From positions 1 to 51,845 of the forward strand of contig JBHLLU010000030.1 in the NCBI GenBank assembly GCA_048938895.1: DNA of 51,845 bases, written 5' to 3'. This document shows, in pieces, positions 40,964-49,648 of the stretch; position 1 is the stretch's first letter, and every line of letters starts with the position of its first letter. A program made the translations under genes and the position numbers. The notes beneath the pieces were generated by a model, which saw only the letters and a program-made list of their open reading frames with translations, was not told the DNA's origin and searched no databases. The stretch comes from Promethearchaeota archaeon. GTDB taxonomy: Archaea; Asgardarchaeota; Lokiarchaeia; Sigyniarchaeales; SOKP01.

Positions 40964-41749
40964 TTATTTGATTTCGACAAAGGAAAGAAGCTCTAACTTA
41001 TCCAAGTTATTCATTATCTTCTGAATTTCTGATTCTGGGCGACCAGATTCTTCAGCAATGTCAGCAATCGTATGAAATCCGTCAGCTAAATGTGCAATCT
41101 CAAATTCTTCTTCATCCAATACTCCCTGTGCAACGACTTGTTTTGGTAAACGTTTACTAGTCCATTCTGGTTTGACGTCCTTCACTTCACGTAAGTCTTC
41201 CTCTGATAAGATTAATCCTTTCTTGGCAATTTGCTTCTGGGATTTAAGGAAATCTTTTTTAAAAATTTTCAAAATGGGAATCTTTAATTGGATCTCGGCA
41301 ACCTTACCACTCTTTAATATCTCATCTATTACACTCTCAAAATCTCGGAAAATCCTTACATCTCCAGACCAACCGTCAAGTTGATCACCAAATTTTCCTA
41401 CAAACTTATCAATTATATCAGTTAACGCTTTATGAGTAATTTTAGCATCATCATTTTTATCAGCGGCAGCAGTACATAAAACACCCTCCTTAAAGACTAA
41501 TAACAGGTAAAAAACCTGCATGTCTTTACTAATAGATAGAATCTATCTATAACCTATAACTTTAAGTTCCCCACTTCCCTTAGAGAACTCAACACTAAAG
41601 TCTTTAAGTGCTGTGAGAAAACCGCTGACTAAATCCTGATTAAATTCAATCCTCCCATACTTTCTGTGGATTAAACAAATACCCGTTCATAACCAATGGA
41701 GAACTCCCGTTGATTTATATTGGTGTATCAAGTAAAAATTATGTAAAAT
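40964..41749 (-). CDS. Longin-domain + winged-helix protein, three exons (41749-41716, 41685-41554, 41523-40964), 241 aa after splicing; ATT start
   Basis: Spliced N-terminus (I/M)LHNFYLIHQYTGICLIHRKYGRIEFNQDLVSGFLTALKDFSVEFSKGSGELKVIDMQVFYL is a longin pattern, in frame with the 185-aa ORF; SD-like GAGGTGA 9 nt before the ATT. Confidence 0.85.
41524..41553 (-). other. Predicted BHB intron 2 of the longin gene (30 nt, contains in-frame TAG)
   Basis: G-TTAT-AG^G-TTATAGATAG-ATT-CTATCTATTA-GTAA-AG^A-C: 4-bp central helix, two 3-nt bulges, 8-bp perfect inner stem. Confidence 0.85.
41686..41715 (-). other. Predicted BHB intron 1 of the longin gene (30 nt, contains in-frame TGA)
   Basis: CC-AATA-TA^A-ATCAA...TTGGT-TATG-AA^C-GG: central helix 3 bp + A.G, inner stem ATCAA/TTGGT, outer pairs CC/GG and ATAC/GTAT. 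Confidence 0.78.
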
Positions 41750-41811
41750 GGGACCTTTTCACCTCTAACCTTTATATTTTAAACATTACAATTAACTATG
41801 ATTCTATTAAA

Positions 41812-41826
41812 TAATATAAGTTTTTC
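41812..41826 (-). promoter_or_regulatory. Candidate BRE/TATA promoter of the longin gene
   Basis: Minus strand GAAAAAC-TTATATTA about 63 nt upstream of the ATT start; AT-rich background limits specificity. Confidence 0.4.
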
Positions 41827-41932
41827 AACTTATCTTTATGATTAATAATGTTTTTAATATTTATAATTTCTTATTGAAACAAGTGTGTTCTTTCTAGTTT
41901 AAATCTCTTCATCAGATGTAAAAAAATGAACT

Positions 41933-44560
41933 TCATTTAATTAAATCATAAAGAGACTGTATCTTGAAAGAATTCTTTATTTCCTGTTCTGAGTATTTTT
42001 TACCTAAATCAAGATAATTCATAATCTCAATATCAATATCCCTGACGTCATTAGGTTCCATAGAAAAGAAGTTATCAGAAGCTATAAAATCAACTAAATC
42101 CGAGTCGATATTGACATATAAAGCAATATTCTTTGCCTGTAGTTTCAGTCTAAATTGAATTTGGTTATTTTCTTCTCCTACTATATCCCCGAAAATACTT
42201 GATATCTTTGGATCTTGTAATTTGAAAAATTTTGGAGCTTCAAATAAACGAAAACCTTGATGTACCAAAATTTTGCCATTATCCTTTGAAAATAATTTAT
42301 AAAAGATTATATTATTTTGAAGTGATGATTTGTCTGAATTTATTAGGCTTACATCAACCAAATGAACCATTAATGAAGTGCAAGGTAATAAAATAGATGT
42401 ATTAACTCCATTGGCTTGTATTTCCCCTTCAGAATTCATTATTTTCCAATTTAGTTCAATATCATAAGACTTTTTTAAATCATTTGTAACCCAGAATTCG
42501 ACTATCTCAACATTTTCCCTAACACTCGCAAATAATGGTTGGTAAAATCGCTTTGTAAAATAGTGAAGTGCTTTCCACCTACCATAATAATCTAGTGAGG
42601 CCCAACTTGCAACAGGCCAACAATCATTTAGTTGCCAATAAAGAGATCCCATACAACGGAAATCACTACGATTTTGTCGCCAATATTCAACGCCATATTC
42701 TATCGCTTCTGCTTGAGTAATTTGAGATAAATCCACTTGACGCCTAAATTCTTGCGGAATGGAAAAACGCTTTTCCATATAATCCATAATTTTCTGATTA
42801 CCTGCTAAGTTTTTTTGATGGTTCTTCATAATTGGTGAATTGATATCATACTGATTAGTGGGACAAAATTCTTTAATTGTCTTTAAAGAAGGAAAGGATT
42901 CAAAGCCAAATTCAGACATAAAACGAGAATTGAAGTTTCTATATGTAGAGAAAGGCATATTCCCATGCCAAACTGCCCAGTAATGTGAATCACCTGCATT
43001 AGGATCATTTGATCTCCGTAAAACGAAATTTTCGCTAATAAAACCACTTGATGGTGAACTAGGCCAATATGGTCGAGTAGGATCTAATCTCTTTATCAAC
43101 TCAGGAAGCATTTCTTCAAAGATTTTAGAATAAAAATCAATCAAAAAATGATGTTTTTCTCTTTCATCCTTTTCAATCCCGGAATTTATTAACATCATTT
43201 TCCATAACCATTCTATTTCATTATTCCCACACCATAAAGCGAGACTAGCATGCTTTCGTATTCTTATTATATTTTGAGTAGCTTCTAATTCAACACTTTT
43301 AATAAATTCCTCGTTATAAGGATAAAGAGCACACGCGAATGGAAAATCCTGCCAAACAAGTAATCCTAATTCATCACAGAGGTTATAAAATACCTCATCT
43401 TCATATATCCCTCCGCCCCATACACGAATCATGTTCATATTTGCTTGTTTCGCATAATGTAAATTCATAGAATAAAGCCCTAACTTTTTACCTCTCGGAA
43501 TAAAGCTATCTACGGGAATCCAATTTGCTCCCTTCGCAAAGATTGGGATACCGTTTAATAAAAAATAGAAAGTTTCTCCCCACCTATCCGGTTTTCTAAC
43601 AAGTCGAATCTCACGTAATCCTATCATTTCTGTTACTTTTTCTAACACATCATCTTTTAAGATAGAAACTTCTACTTTGTAGAGATTTGGGGTACCCAGA
43701 TCATGGGTCCACCATAACAGTGGTTCTTTAATATCAAAACTGAGTATTTCCTTTGGTTTACTCAAGGGGATTTCCTTAATGTAAATTTCTTCAGTTGGTG
43801 ATTTTACTTGTGCTCTAATATTATAAGAAGTCCTCTGGATATTTTCATTATTGATCATTAATTCGATTTCAATAAATAACTCTGCAGATTTTACATCAAT
43901 TGTAGAAATTTCAGAAGGGTTACTGATACTCAATGGATCTTTATTATATTTGAGAATTGCATAAGGATAAATTGACTTTATTTTAATTTCATCGAATCCT
44001 ATTAATTCTACAGATTTCCATATTCCGATATCCGGTAGTTTCGGCCCCCAATCCCAACCAAAAGAATACTGCGCTTTTCTCAAATATGGGACTCCTGGAA
44101 TTCCGGCATAACCGGTGTTTAAGTTGATTTTATATTTTTCTATTAATTCTCGACTTTTTACAGTAGGGCTCTTAAAATTGATTATGATTTTATTTTCAGA
44201 TTCCTTAAGTTTAGTTTTCACTTCAAAATCATATCTTACAAACATGTTGTTTACAGAACCTATTCGTTCCCCATTTAACTGAACATCTGCTATGGTATCC
44301 AATCCGTTAAATCGTAAGATTATATATTTGTGCTTTAAAAATTCTGGTTTGAGAGTGAATTCTTTTTCATAAGACCAGTCAGATTCATAAACCCATTTCA
44401 TTTCAAGCTCGTTTTCTCCATAAAAAGGATCAATAATGACATTATTGTTAATTAGAGCTTCAAAAACAGTTCCAGGAACTTGGGCGTTTACCTCAACCGA
44501 TTTTACATAACACTTTAATCCCCAGAACCCATCTAAAGAAATTTTTTCCACTTTCCTCAA
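41933..44560 (-). CDS. Glycoside hydrolase family 2, beta-mannosidase-like
   Basis: [33 protein letters not shown] (acid/base), GDSHYW, FMSEFG (nucleophile). Confidence 0.95.
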   Translation of the reverse strand: MRKVEKISLDGFWGLKCYVKSVEVNAQVPGTVFEALINNNVIIDPFYGENELEMKWVYESDWSYEKEFTLKPEFLKHKYIILRFNGLDTIADVQLNGERIGSVNNMFVRYDFEVKTKLKESENKIIINFKSPTVKSRELIEKYKINLNTGYAGIPGVPYLRKAQYSFGWDWGPKLPDIGIWKSVELIGFDEIKIKSIYPYAILKYNKDPLSISNPSEISTIDVKSAELFIEIELMINNENIQRTSYNIRAQVKSPTEEIYIKEIPLSKPKEILSFDIKEPLLWWTHDLGTPNLYKVEVSILKDDVLEKVTEMIGLREIRLVRKPDRWGETFYFLLNGIPIFAKGANWIPVDSFIPRGKKLGLYSMNLHYAKQANMNMIRVWGGGIYEDEVFYNLCDELGLLVWQDFPFACALYPYNEEFIKSVELEATQNIIRIRKHASLALWCGNNEIEWLWKMMLINSGIEKDEREKHHFLIDFYSKIFEEMLPELIKRLDPTRPYWPSSPSSGFISENFVLRRSNDPNAGDSHYWAVWHGNMPFSTYRNFNSRFMSEFGFESFPSLKTIKEFCPTNQYDINSPIMKNHQKNLAGNQKIMDYMEKRFSIPQEFRRQVDLSQITQAEAIEYGVEYWRQNRSDFRCMGSLYWQLNDCWPVASWASLDYYGRWKALHYFTKRFYQPLFASVRENVEIVEFWVTNDLKKSYDIELNWKIMNSEGEIQANGVNTSILLPCTSLMVHLVDVSLINSDKSSLQNNIIFYKLFSKDNGKILVHQGFRLFEAPKFFKLQDPKISSIFGDIVGEENNQIQFRLKLQAKNIALYVNIDSDLVDFIASDNFFSMEPNDVRDIDIEIMNYLDLGKKYSEQEIKNSFKIQSLYDLIK

Positions 44561-44690
44561 TACTCAAATCAACTGAAAAAATTAGATATTAAAGTTAAAG
44601 TAATTTTTGTGTTAAAAATGAAATAAATCTTAAATAAATTGATGTCAAGTAATGCATTAATCAGAACTATAAATATAATTAAATTATAAA

Positions 44691-45005
44691 ATGATTTATT
44701 ACCTGTTCATAGTAACTGTTCCAAATATAGAAGAGGGACAAAAAATAGCCCGAAATTTGGTTGAAAGCAAACTTGCAGCTTGTGTAAACATTGTAAAAAA
44801 TATAGTTTCAATATATAGATGGAAAGGAGAAATTGAAGAGGATAATGAGCATCTGTTATTGATTAAAACAACAGAAGAGAAATCCGACCTACTAATACAA
44901 AATATACGTGAAATTCATTCCTACGAGAATCCTGAATGTATTGGTCTAAAAATTGAAAAAGGATCGAATATATATTTAAATTGGATTAAAGACGTTGTAG
45001 ATTGA
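44691..45005 (+). CDS. cutA: Divalent-cation tolerance protein CutA
   Basis: LAACVN, SIYRWKG, HSYENPE, YLNW. Confidence 0.95.
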   Translation: MIYYLFIVTVPNIEEGQKIARNLVESKLAACVNIVKNIVSIYRWKGEIEEDNEHLLLIKTTEEKSDLLIQNIREIHSYENPECIGLKIEKGSNIYLNWIKDVVD

Positions 45006-45029
45006 ATAAAAAGTTATTTACTTAAAATC

Positions 45030-45872
45030 ATGTTAAGCCAAGCCTATCATATAGATTGGGTTTTTATTGATACAATTATAATTATTTTCTTATTTTTGCT
45101 TCTAATAGGTGTAAAAATTTTCAAATCAACACATCGATGGCGTTTGAGATTCTCTAATGAAGCATTAGAAGATTTCCCTTGTACAAATCCATTTTATAGC
45201 GATAATAACTATCATTTCAAAGTAAAACATTGTAATTTAGTAAGAAATTCATCTTTACATAACCAATATGATAAAAATCCTTTAATTTTATTAATTAGAA
45301 CAAATTTCAAACGGCACCTTGCGAAAATCATAACTGAAGGATTATGCAGTTATGGTTTTAATGTGATTAATTTGAAGCTAAGCTATAATCGTGATTCACA
45401 TGTAAACATTTTTAGTAATAAGGCAAATAAGGAATTAAAATCCCTTATTTCAATTAACATTAAAAACTTTGAAAATCAGGGGCTTATCTGGAATTCAAAA
45501 TATCTATTAATAGATATATCAAAAACTTTAATACCTAAGAGAGAAGTTATATTCAATTCAAATGAGATTGGATATATTATTATTAATCCTAGAGTTGAAA
45601 AAGATAAAGGAGTTAATTCACAAAAATTTATTTATAATTCTTTAAAAAATCCTCAATTATTTTATATTTTTTGTAAACGAAGTTTCTTTTATTTTAGAAA
45701 TAGTGATTTTAAACATATATATAAAGAAATAGATCAAAAACTCACAACTTTTACAAATTTAATAATATTAGAAAAATCCACTAAAAGTTTTAGATATTAC
45801 GAAACGATTCTTTTAGGCATTATTATTGATATAATTGAAAATAAATTATTTAGATCTGAAAATTCTATATAA
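45030..45872 (+). CDS. Hypothetical protein with N-terminal membrane anchor
   Basis: 280-aa ORF in operon context; one TM helix at the N-terminus. Confidence 0.65.
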   Translation: MLSQAYHIDWVFIDTIIIIFLFLLLIGVKIFKSTHRWRLRFSNEALEDFPCTNPFYSDNNYHFKVKHCNLVRNSSLHNQYDKNPLILLIRTNFKRHLAKIITEGLCSYGFNVINLKLSYNRDSHVNIFSNKANKELKSLISINIKNFENQGLIWNSKYLLIDISKTLIPKREVIFNSNEIGYIIINPRVEKDKGVNSQKFIYNSLKNPQLFYIFCKRSFFYFRNSDFKHIYKEIDQKLTTFTNLIILEKSTKSFRYYETILLGIIIDIIENKLFRSENSI

Positions 45873-45875
45873 TTC

Positions 45876-46583
45876 ATGAAAAACACCAAAATTTTAAGAG
45901 ATCATCATAATATCATAACATATTCAGAAGATAAATGGGCTCTATTAAAACAAAAAAGAGAAAACGCTATAAATCTATTATATCTTTTTGTTAAGGAAGG
46001 GCTTCAACCAACTATCTATGGAAGTATTGCTCGGGGGGATGTGCATAAAGCAAGTGATATCGATATCGTTTTCTTTCAAAATGTTCCTTCATTTCAAATT
46101 GAATATATTCTAAATAAAAGTGGATGTACCAATTATTTTAGGGAAATTATCATGGCAACACCCCAAGATGCAATTAAATTATACATTTATTTAAGTGAGT
46201 TAGAGAGCATTACTGTTCCCCTTTCAAAGCTTGATCGGAATGTTTATGAATTTTATAATTTTGGGGGTAATGCAACCTTAAAAGATCTTAAATCAGAAAT
46301 CCGAGTTGCAGGAATAGATAAAAGACTTGTATTAATTAAACCTAACAAGTATGGACATGAAGAAACTTCAATCATTGGAAATGAAGCTGCTGCCGCTAAA
46401 GAAGTAGGCGTTAGTTTAGATATCGTAAATGAACGTAAAAGAGTTCTATTAAAAAGAGAGAGATATGGAAGAACAGGAGTCTTTCTTAAAAAGAGTCTTC
46501 AAATTAATGAATCTACAGAGGAAGTACTTAAAAATCTCGCTAAAAAAAAGTCCATTGTGCGAAAAAAATTATTAAAACCATGA
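45876..46583 (+). CDS. Archaeal Pol-beta-superfamily nucleotidyltransferase
   Basis: YGSIARGDVHKASDIDI; RVAGIDKRL; GRTGVF. Confidence 0.9.
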   Translation: MKNTKILRDHHNIITYSEDKWALLKQKRENAINLLYLFVKEGLQPTIYGSIARGDVHKASDIDIVFFQNVPSFQIEYILNKSGCTNYFREIIMATPQDAIKLYIYLSELESITVPLSKLDRNVYEFYNFGGNATLKDLKSEIRVAGIDKRLVLIKPNKYGHEETSIIGNEAAAAKEVGVSLDIVNERKRVLLKRERYGRTGVFLKKSLQINESTEEVLKNLAKKKSIVRKKLLKP

Positions 46584-47731
46584 AAAAAGCTAAAATAGCA
46601 AAAACAAAAGAAAATAATCATTATATCAAAGGAAGAGGACTTCCTAAAGGATGTGAATATTGTCTTAAAGGTCAAAAGGCGGTTTTATTTTTAAATGGGA
46701 TTTGTCAAAACCCAGTTAATTGCTCTTGGTACTGTCCTATATCAACAGAACGGAAAGGGAATGATTTAACTTATGCAAATGAAATTGAAATTACTAAAGA
46801 AAAAGAATTGCTAGAAGAAATTAATAAGATAGATGCTAGAGGAATGAGTATTACTGGAGGTGAACCTCTATCAAAACAAAATCTGGAGAAAACACTTGAT
46901 TATATTAAATACATAAAAGCTAACAAAGGAAACAAATTTCATATACACCTTTACACCAACGGTATTAATTTCAATGAATCTATTGCGAGTAAACTGGCTT
47001 TGGCAGGATTAGATGAAATCAGATTCCATGCTTCTAGAGAATTTTGGTCAAATATCCATTTAGCCTTGAATAAAGGGATAGAGGTTGGATCAGAAGTTCC
47101 TGTCATTCCAAATAACGAAAATCTTAAAGAGCTTCATGAATTAATCCTATATCTGGATACTATTGGCGTAGATTTCATAAATTTAAATGAATTTGAATAT
47201 TGTTTTTCAAACAGCGAATCATTGAAGAATCGAGGTTTTCAACTGAAAGAAGGAACTATCGCTTCAGTAGTCAATAGCTACGAAGCTGCGATTGAAATAA
47301 TGAAGGATTTAGGGAATAAGGTGTCTCTCAAAATCCATTTCTGTCCTATACGTTCAAAAGATTATTATCAATTAAAAAATAGATACTTAAGAAGAGCAAA
47401 AAATATAAGATTGCCGTTTGAGGTAATTTCAGAGGAGGGCTTGTTACTATTTGCCCAAATCGAAGGGAATGAAGTTAACCTCGAAAAATTGGAAATGGTC
47501 ATGTTAAAAGATATGAAAATTGATCAGCATCTAGTATCATTAGAAGGAAAAACCTTAAAAATGCCGTTATATATCTCAATAAATAAAAGAATTATCTCTT
47601 TAATAGAAAAGTATCAACTTAATGGATATATCATTGAAATGACACCATTCAGAAGACAAAAATATCAGCAAATAACAGAAAAAACCCCACTAAAATTATT
47701 TAAAGAAGAAATCGGTTTAAATGAAGATTAA
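46580..47731 (+). CDS. Radical SAM protein (conserved archaeal family)
   Basis: LPKGCEYC, CQNPVNCSWYC, ITGGEP, HIHLYT, LDEIRFH, NLNE. Confidence 0.9.
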   Translation: MKKAKIAKTKENNHYIKGRGLPKGCEYCLKGQKAVLFLNGICQNPVNCSWYCPISTERKGNDLTYANEIEITKEKELLEEINKIDARGMSITGGEPLSKQNLEKTLDYIKYIKANKGNKFHIHLYTNGINFNESIASKLALAGLDEIRFHASREFWSNIHLALNKGIEVGSEVPVIPNNENLKELHELILYLDTIGVDFINLNEFEYCFSNSESLKNRGFQLKEGTIASVVNSYEAAIEIMKDLGNKVSLKIHFCPIRSKDYYQLKNRYLRRAKNIRLPFEVISEEGLLLFAQIEGNEVNLEKLEMVMLKDMKIDQHLVSLEGKTLKMPLYISINKRIISLIEKYQLNGYIIEMTPFRRQKYQQITEKTPLKLFKEEIGLNED

Positions 47732-48170
47732 AGACGCAAAATTCACAGACTTAAAACATATTATGATCCTCGAAGTTGAATTATTTAGAGAAAATGCATT
47801 TACTAGGCAATTAATGGAAGATTTACTACGCCATAACACTTTTTTCTTAAAATTGGTAAATGATAAGAACGATAATAAGTTAATTGGGTTTATTATTGCT
47901 ATTAGAGATAAAATAGATAGAATCAATATAATTAATTTTCTTATTGACCCAAAATTTCAAAACAAAGGATATGGGGCACTTCTACTAAATGATGTTATCG
48001 AAAGAATAAAAAAAATAGGAGAAATTAAACAGATAGTATTAAATGTTCAAGTAAATAATATTGCCGCCATTAAATTATATGAGAAATTTAACTTTAAAAG
48101 AAATCCTAATGAACTTGTTAATTATTATCCCTCTGGGGAAAACGCGTATTTTATGGAATTAGAAATCTAA
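47721..48170 (+). CDS. RimI/Ard1-like GNAT N-acetyltransferase
   Basis: FQNKGYG acetyl-CoA loop, NIAAIKLYEKFNF, NYYPSGENAYFM. Confidence 0.9.
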   Translation: MKIKDAKFTDLKHIMILEVELFRENAFTRQLMEDLLRHNTFFLKLVNDKNDNKLIGFIIAIRDKIDRINIINFLIDPKFQNKGYGALLLNDVIERIKKIGEIKQIVLNVQVNNIAAIKLYEKFNFKRNPNELVNYYPSGENAYFMELEI

Positions 48171-48269
48171 ATTTTTCTTTACTAAGAATTTATAAATAAA
48201 TTCTATTATAATATGGGTAAATATCAATATTAATTCAGATCAATTTTAAACAAAAGGGGTTGATAATAA

Positions 48270-48425
48270 GTGGCACCTATTGATAAAGACCTACAAGATG
48301 AAATTAAAAAAGGCGTTTCACTCACTAAAGTTGATGAAGCTGATCTTCTCCGAAGGGAAGAAGAAAAGAAAAAACGCATGGAAGAACTAGAAAAAGTAAA
48401 GGCAGCTTTAGGGCAAAAAGATTAA
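48270..48425 (+). CDS. 51-aa small protein with WH2-like motif (absent from ORF track)
   Basis: GTG...TAA ORF MAPIDKDLQDEIKKGVSLTKVDEADLLRREEEKKKRMEELEKVKAALGQKD; SD-like GGGGTTGA upstream, T-rich tract downstream, coding-like composition within an AT-rich spacer. Confidence 0.8.
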   Translation: MAPIDKDLQDEIKKGVSLTKVDEADLLRREEEKKKRMEELEKVKAALGQKD

Positions 48426-48565
48426 ACATTACTAGTTAGTTCTGGTTATTTTTTATCTATTTTTATTTCTTTTATTTTAACTCAATCTCATCTTAATAAA
48501 AATTAAGCTTATCTAAGATTTTACATTATTTGTAATTAGCAATTAATTGGAGATAAGTACTGTAT

Positions 48566-49639
48566 TTGAAAATACTAGAGATTGATAAGAAACTTAGAGA
48601 GATAATTGTAAAGCCCGAGAATCTTAACGATTTATGGACCCTCTATAACATCATAAGCGAGGGAGATGAAGTCTCTGCCCGTACGCAGCGGAGGGTAATT
48701 TTAAAAGAAGGTTCTAAGGGCGAAAGAAAAGTAATGACCTTGAAACTGAAAGTTGAATCAATTTCTTTTCATGAATTTTCAAATCGATTAAGAGTTAAAG
48801 GAAAGATTTTAGAAGGTCCTGCTGATTTTATCAGCTACGGATCTTATCATACTTTTAATATTGAAGCATTACAGAAAATCACCATAATTAAAGAAAAATG
48901 GTCAAATTATGAAATAAAAAGACTCAAGGAAAGTTCAAAATTTGAAAATAACTTCATTATATTAATAGTGGCAATAGAAACAGGATTAGCAACCATTGGT
49001 CTTATAACTAACTTTAGCCATAACAGAATTGCGACTATTAAATCGCACATACCAGGTAAACGATATCCACAAACTCATCGTAATAAGGCACTACTAGAAT
49101 TTTATGATGCTATAGGAAAAATAGTTAAGGAGAATCTAAAGACTCACGATGTAAATGTAATAATTGCTTGCGGTCCCGGGAATACAAAAGACCATTTCAT
49201 TGAACATCTTAGAAAAAATCTAGATGCCGAATATTCCCCAAGAATTGAAAATTGTCACGCAAGCTCAGGAACAGAAAGTGCAATTATTGAAACCTTAAAG
49301 TCTAAAAAATTAGCAAAATTGAAGAAAGATGTGAAAGTTTTGCAGGAAACAGAACTTATTGAAAGTGTGATTTCCCAGTTTGCTCTTGATGCGGATCTCA
49401 TTGTAATAGGATTAGACGAGGTTTCTGATGCCTCTGAGAAGGGAGCAATTAACCAGCTTCTTATAGCTGATACGATGATCAGGGGAACTTCTAAAGATCA
49501 TAAATTAAAAATTGAAGAGATTATAACTAACGTAGAAAATGCTGGAGGCTCAATAGCTATTATGAGTACTGAAAATGTTGCTGGAGAACAATTAGTAGGT
49601 TTAGGGTCAATAGTTGGGATTTTACGTTATAAATTGTAG
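48566..49639 (+). CDS. pelA: mRNA surveillance protein Pelota
   Basis: PENLNDLWTL, FHEFSNRLRVKG, GSYHT, IPGKR, GILRY. Confidence 0.96.
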   Translation: MKILEIDKKLREIIVKPENLNDLWTLYNIISEGDEVSARTQRRVILKEGSKGERKVMTLKLKVESISFHEFSNRLRVKGKILEGPADFISYGSYHTFNIEALQKITIIKEKWSNYEIKRLKESSKFENNFIILIVAIETGLATIGLITNFSHNRIATIKSHIPGKRYPQTHRNKALLEFYDAIGKIVKENLKTHDVNVIIACGPGNTKDHFIEHLRKNLDAEYSPRIENCHASSGTESAIIETLKSKKLAKLKKDVKVLQETELIESVISQFALDADLIVIGLDEVSDASEKGAINQLLIADTMIRGTSKDHKLKIEEIITNVENAGGSIAIMSTENVAGEQLVGLGSIVGILRYKL

Positions 49640-49648
49640 TATATTAAT

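Noticed and set aside
41524-41553. Spliceosomal GT-AG intron interpretation
   Set aside because: Only 30 nt, with no recognisable branch point or pyrimidine tract; intron 1 lacks GT-AG; BHB geometry explains both.
41524-41715. Reading the TGA/TAG in the longin gene as selenocysteine/pyrrolysine or as simple pseudogenisation
   Set aside because: Both stops lie inside 30-nt hairpin inserts that are extra to the longin pattern and have BHB geometry; the exons have no stops or frameshifts. Pseudogene status is not formally excluded without RNA data.
3282-47926. Short overlapping ORFs in the track (e.g. 3282, 4837, 5044, 7390, 7484, 9808, 12706, 13498, 18832, 19429, 21027, 25677, 28549, 29810, 31864, 32350, 33136, 36182, 41172, 47717)
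   Set aside because: They are antisense or out-of-frame shadows of well-supported genes and have no recognisable motifs.
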